Part shown: one piece after another, positions 38,403 to 40,635 of the stretch
Layout: every line of letters begins with the position of its first letter
How positions within the stretch are numbered: the first letter of the stretch is position 1
The notes under the pieces: generated by a model
What the model was told of the DNA's origin: nothing
Seen by the model: the letters and a program-made list of their open reading frames with translations, nothing else
The model's database searches: none
From: a virus
Taxonomy: Duplodnaviria > Caudoviricetes
Length of the DNA: 40,635 nt
Reading direction: 5' to 3' (one strand)
IMG/VR virus record: IMGVR_UViG_3300020045_007074
Coordinates: 1-40,635 of that record
Made by a program: the position numbers and the translations under genes

Positions 38403-38714
38403 ACTGGGCCACGTGGCCAGGTCAGAAAATCCACCTGGCCCGGCACCTGGCCCAGCCAACATATTGAAATTATTGGATAATACTTTACTGTCCCAGGTGG
38501 GCCAGGTAAAACGGGGTTTTCAAATTCTTTTATATAAAATAGGGTATATGGGGTATTAAATATGTGGGGGTATTTTTAATATAGCAATATACTCTTTTAC
38601 TTAACCCACTTGGACCTAAAAAAATAAAGAGATAATACCTGAACAAAATCAATACTTTAGGGTGGGCCAGGTGACTGGGCCAAGTGGCTGTTTTGACTAG
38701 GGTCACCTGGGACA
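38403..38714. other. Candidate replication origin: inverted GC boxes and IHF-like sites around an AT-rich core
   Basis: CACCTGGCCCA 38444/TGGGCCAGGTG 38663; TGTCCCAGGTG 38489/CACCTGGGACA 38704; WATCAAN4TTR at 38647 (+) and near match at 38457-38469 (-). Confidence 0.55.
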
Positions 38715-38770
38715 AAAAAGCTCCAAATCGAACATATGCCTGTTGGAGGAAAAAGGGTCGGTTTTAGGGC

Positions 38771-38839
38771 AAAAAAGCCGGTCCTATCTGGTTTTAATTG
38801 AAAATTTCGATTTAGGATAAAAAAGCCGACCCTATCTGG
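38771..38839. repeat. 21-bp imperfect direct repeat
   Basis: AAAAAAGCCGGTCCTATCTGG (38771) and AAAAAAGCCGACCCTATCTGG (38819). Confidence 0.85.
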
Positions 38840-38863
38840 GCGTTAATGGTAAGGAGTCGAGTC

Positions 38864-39007
38864 GATTCGATTCAAGGTCAAGCAACGGTTGACCGTCGAA
38901 TCTCGGGCCCGGTACTTTTTGAGACTCCGCCGTTGCCGGTTGAACCGTCTCAAAAGTACGAGTTTAGACCGATACAGGAGTATTGTTTTCGGTCCGTACC
39001 GGGCCCG
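38864..39007. ncRNA. Highly structured non-coding element (RNA or ssDNA)
   Basis: Five or more nested stems including a perfect 12-bp closing stem and a 7-nt loop-loop complement. Confidence 0.55.
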
Positions 39008-39076
39008 TGGTTCTATTTTTTCTACAAGTCTGAAGTCTTTTCAAGGTTTATAACTTCAGAGGCCTTAAAAACGGTT

Positions 39077-39137
39077 CTAGGCCCTTAAAACATTAAAAAC
39101 GAGTCTAGGCCCTTAAAACATTAAAAACGAGTCTAGG
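39077..39137. repeat. 28-bp tandem duplication
   Basis: CTAGGCCCTTAAAACATTAAAAACGAGT x2 plus CTAGG. Confidence 0.9.
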
Positions 39138-39138
39138 T

Positions 39139-39501
39139 CTATTGCCTGTTGTGATTCGTGGTCAAGTTTTTGCCTCCTCCGCATCCAATTGCCAAGACGT
39201 CGGCAGTTATAAAATTGGCAGTGCATACCGTCGGGCCAATTGGCAGGCATTCAGGTCCGCCATTGGTTGCTGAAACGGTCAACGTGTACGTTGTGCTATT
39301 GATTGCTTGATAAGTGAATACCTCATTGCAATACGTTGTCGAGCCTGTACAGCTCGAATTGAGCGTCAAGACGTTGTTTAGAGCAATATTCGACCACGTA
39401 CCGACTTGAGAACCTGAACACGGTCCGGGACTTGAGGCCTGGTTTAGACTCTGATTCCCGCATCCTTGTAGTATCAAGGCTATTAATATTAATTTTCGCA
39501 T
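39139..39501 (-). CDS. Putative lipoprotein
   Basis: MRKLILIALILQGC lipobox-like signal; Cys/Thr-rich beta body. Confidence 0.7.
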   Translation of the reverse strand: MRKLILIALILQGCGNQSLNQASSPGPCSGSQVGTWSNIALNNVLTLNSSCTGSTTYCNEVFTYQAINSTTYTLTVSATNGGPECLPIGPTVCTANFITADVLAIGCGGGKNLTTNHNRQ

Positions 39502-39504
39502 GAT

Positions 39505-39747
39505 TCACTCCTCTCGAAAAATCTTATCGAAAAATCGTTTCAGTATAGCGTCTTCGTTTTCGTCAAGACTTATCGCTTTTTGTGCAATGTAGTCGTGGAC
39601 GTGTTCCAAGACGTATTTTGCTATTTTCTCATTGTTTTTAAAACCGTATGCCTCAAGTCCGTTTTGAATCGCTCGTCTTAAGGTCTTGGGTGTGCCTTTT
39701 TGCTTCACTCGGCACCGCCCTTTTGAATATTTTTCGATATCTCGCAT
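39505..39747 (-). CDS. Hypothetical protein
   Basis: 80-aa ORF; start uncertain. Confidence 0.55.
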   Translation of the reverse strand: MRDIEKYSKGRCRVKQKGTPKTLRRAIQNGLEAYGFKNNEKIAKYVLEHVHDYIAQKAISLDENEDAILKRFFDKIFREE

Positions 39748-39950
39748 TGACGGGCAAAAGCGCGTCTTGCATCGACAATTTTTTCAAAAACAAGCCATGC
39801 CTCTTGTACTGTACGAATGCCGTCAATAAAATCGGCTATTCTCCGTACATGGTACGTTGAGTGTTCTCTATACAGCTCAATTTTTTCTCTGCCGATACGT
39901 CGCTCTTGTACGTATCCACAAGCCAATTGGTACGCGCTTAATTTTTTCAT
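39705..39950 (-). CDS. Hypothetical protein
   Basis: 81 aa; LSAYQLACGYVQ...LYREH..YHVR; SD AAGGGA. Confidence 0.65.
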   Translation of the reverse strand: MKKLSAYQLACGYVQERRIGREKIELYREHSTYHVRRIADFIDGIRTVQEAWLVFEKIVDARRAFARQCEISKNIQKGGAE

Positions 39951-40022
39951 ATATAAATTCCCTTCAGTCTCATCAGTGCATGCAAAACATGCATATGCCT
40001 CTTATCCTTGAGGCATTTCGAC

Positions 40023-40635
40023 TTAATTTTTGTTGGTATCCGGTTTCACTCCTAGTATATGATTCGCCGCTTTTTGAGCTTGACCGGCTGCCTTGACGAG
40101 CATTTTTGAATCTTTTTTCAAGACGTCGAGCCAATTCTTTATATATGCCGCTGAATCATCAAGCGTCTTGGTTTCAATTCCAGCGTGTCCGCACAAAAAT
40201 GCGGCGCCGAATTCGGCTACAAGCTCCTCAAAACTATATGAATGAGACCTGAAACCGGCAGCGTCAACAATTCCCTCACGCTTCAGTCTTGAGGCATGGC
40301 CTGTTGAGTGAGTCAATTCGTGAAAAAGAACACTGTAGAACATTTCGTCTTTTTCGAATTGTTTTTGCTCCGGCATTGTCACGGCGTCGAGCGATGGATG
40401 GTAACACGCTCTGTTACTTGGCTTGACGTCAATGCTTGGCGCGTTCGCGTATCCCGTTAAAACATTTTCGCATGATTCAATTCGCTGGATATTGGTACGC
40501 GCATCAATTTTAGGCAAAAAAGAATCGCTCAACTTAATATTTTCAGTCTGTTCAAGATTGAACACTGTAAAATATTTTAAAAAGGCAAAACTTTTTTCCT
40601 CAATTTCGCCGTCAACCTCTTTTTCCTTTTTGTTG
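40023..40635 (-). CDS. ardC: ArdC-like antirestriction / ssDNA-binding protein with zincin-like domain, 5' truncated by window edge
   Basis: Frame open to the edge (...FLKYFTVFN); FHELTHSTGH..RLKR, YSFEELVAEFGAAFL, AAYI..W, AAGQAQKA. Confidence 0.85.
   Translation of the reverse strand, partial: NKKEKEVDGEIEEKSFAFLKYFTVFNLEQTENIKLSDSFLPKIDARTNIQRIESCENVLTGYANAPSIDVKPSNRACYHPSLDAVTMPEQKQFEKDEMFYSVLFHELTHSTGHASRLKREGIVDAAGFRSHSYSFEELVAEFGAAFLCGHAGIETKTLDDSAAYIKNWLDVLKKDSKMLVKAAGQAQKAANHILGVKPDTNKN

Noticed and set aside
38846-39088. 80-aa + strand ORF over the structured element
   Set aside because: Runs against the local gene direction and has no clear SD; the sequence is better explained by base pairing
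1-40635. Stop-codon reassignment
   Set aside because: Core genes are full length under the standard code, and TAA, TAG and TGA all end genes

Overview
The window is most of a ~41 kb short-tailed (podovirus-type) dsDNA phage genome in two convergent arms; no bacterial housekeeping genes are visible. The + arm (~1-26270) carries small accessory ORFs, TerL, a T7-like portal, scaffold, major capsid, decoration/lectin proteins, tail adaptor and nozzle, three ejection proteins (the largest LPD38-like), a tail fibre and a lysis cassette ending in an M15-type peptidase. The - arm (~26250-40635) carries a tyrosine integrase, prim-pol/SF3 helicase, family A DNA polymerase (Leu at the 762 position), SSB, Cas4-like exonuclease, SNF2 helicase, a degenerate cytosine-MTase-like protein, a RuvC-like resolvase, a putative DNA-binding regulator, a lipoprotein and a truncated ArdC-like gene. 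The least explained signal is non-coding. (i) An ATGTTGCATT box sits in the leftward promoter at ~38135, eight more times in a 43-bp tandem array just upstream, and as a near-identical doublet over the rightward promoter at ~360-400. (ii) An origin-like region has inverted GC boxes each paired with an IHF-like site. (iii) A ~145-nt densely paired element with a possible kissing loop lies at 38864-39007. (iv) A left-end leader encodes a 19-aa Lys-rich peptide followed by two compact structured RNA candidates, one tRNA-shaped without an anticodon arm. Bases 1-115 are an inverted copy of part of the polymerase gene and are probably an assembly chimera. Family assignments come from motif recognition by eye; no searches were run.
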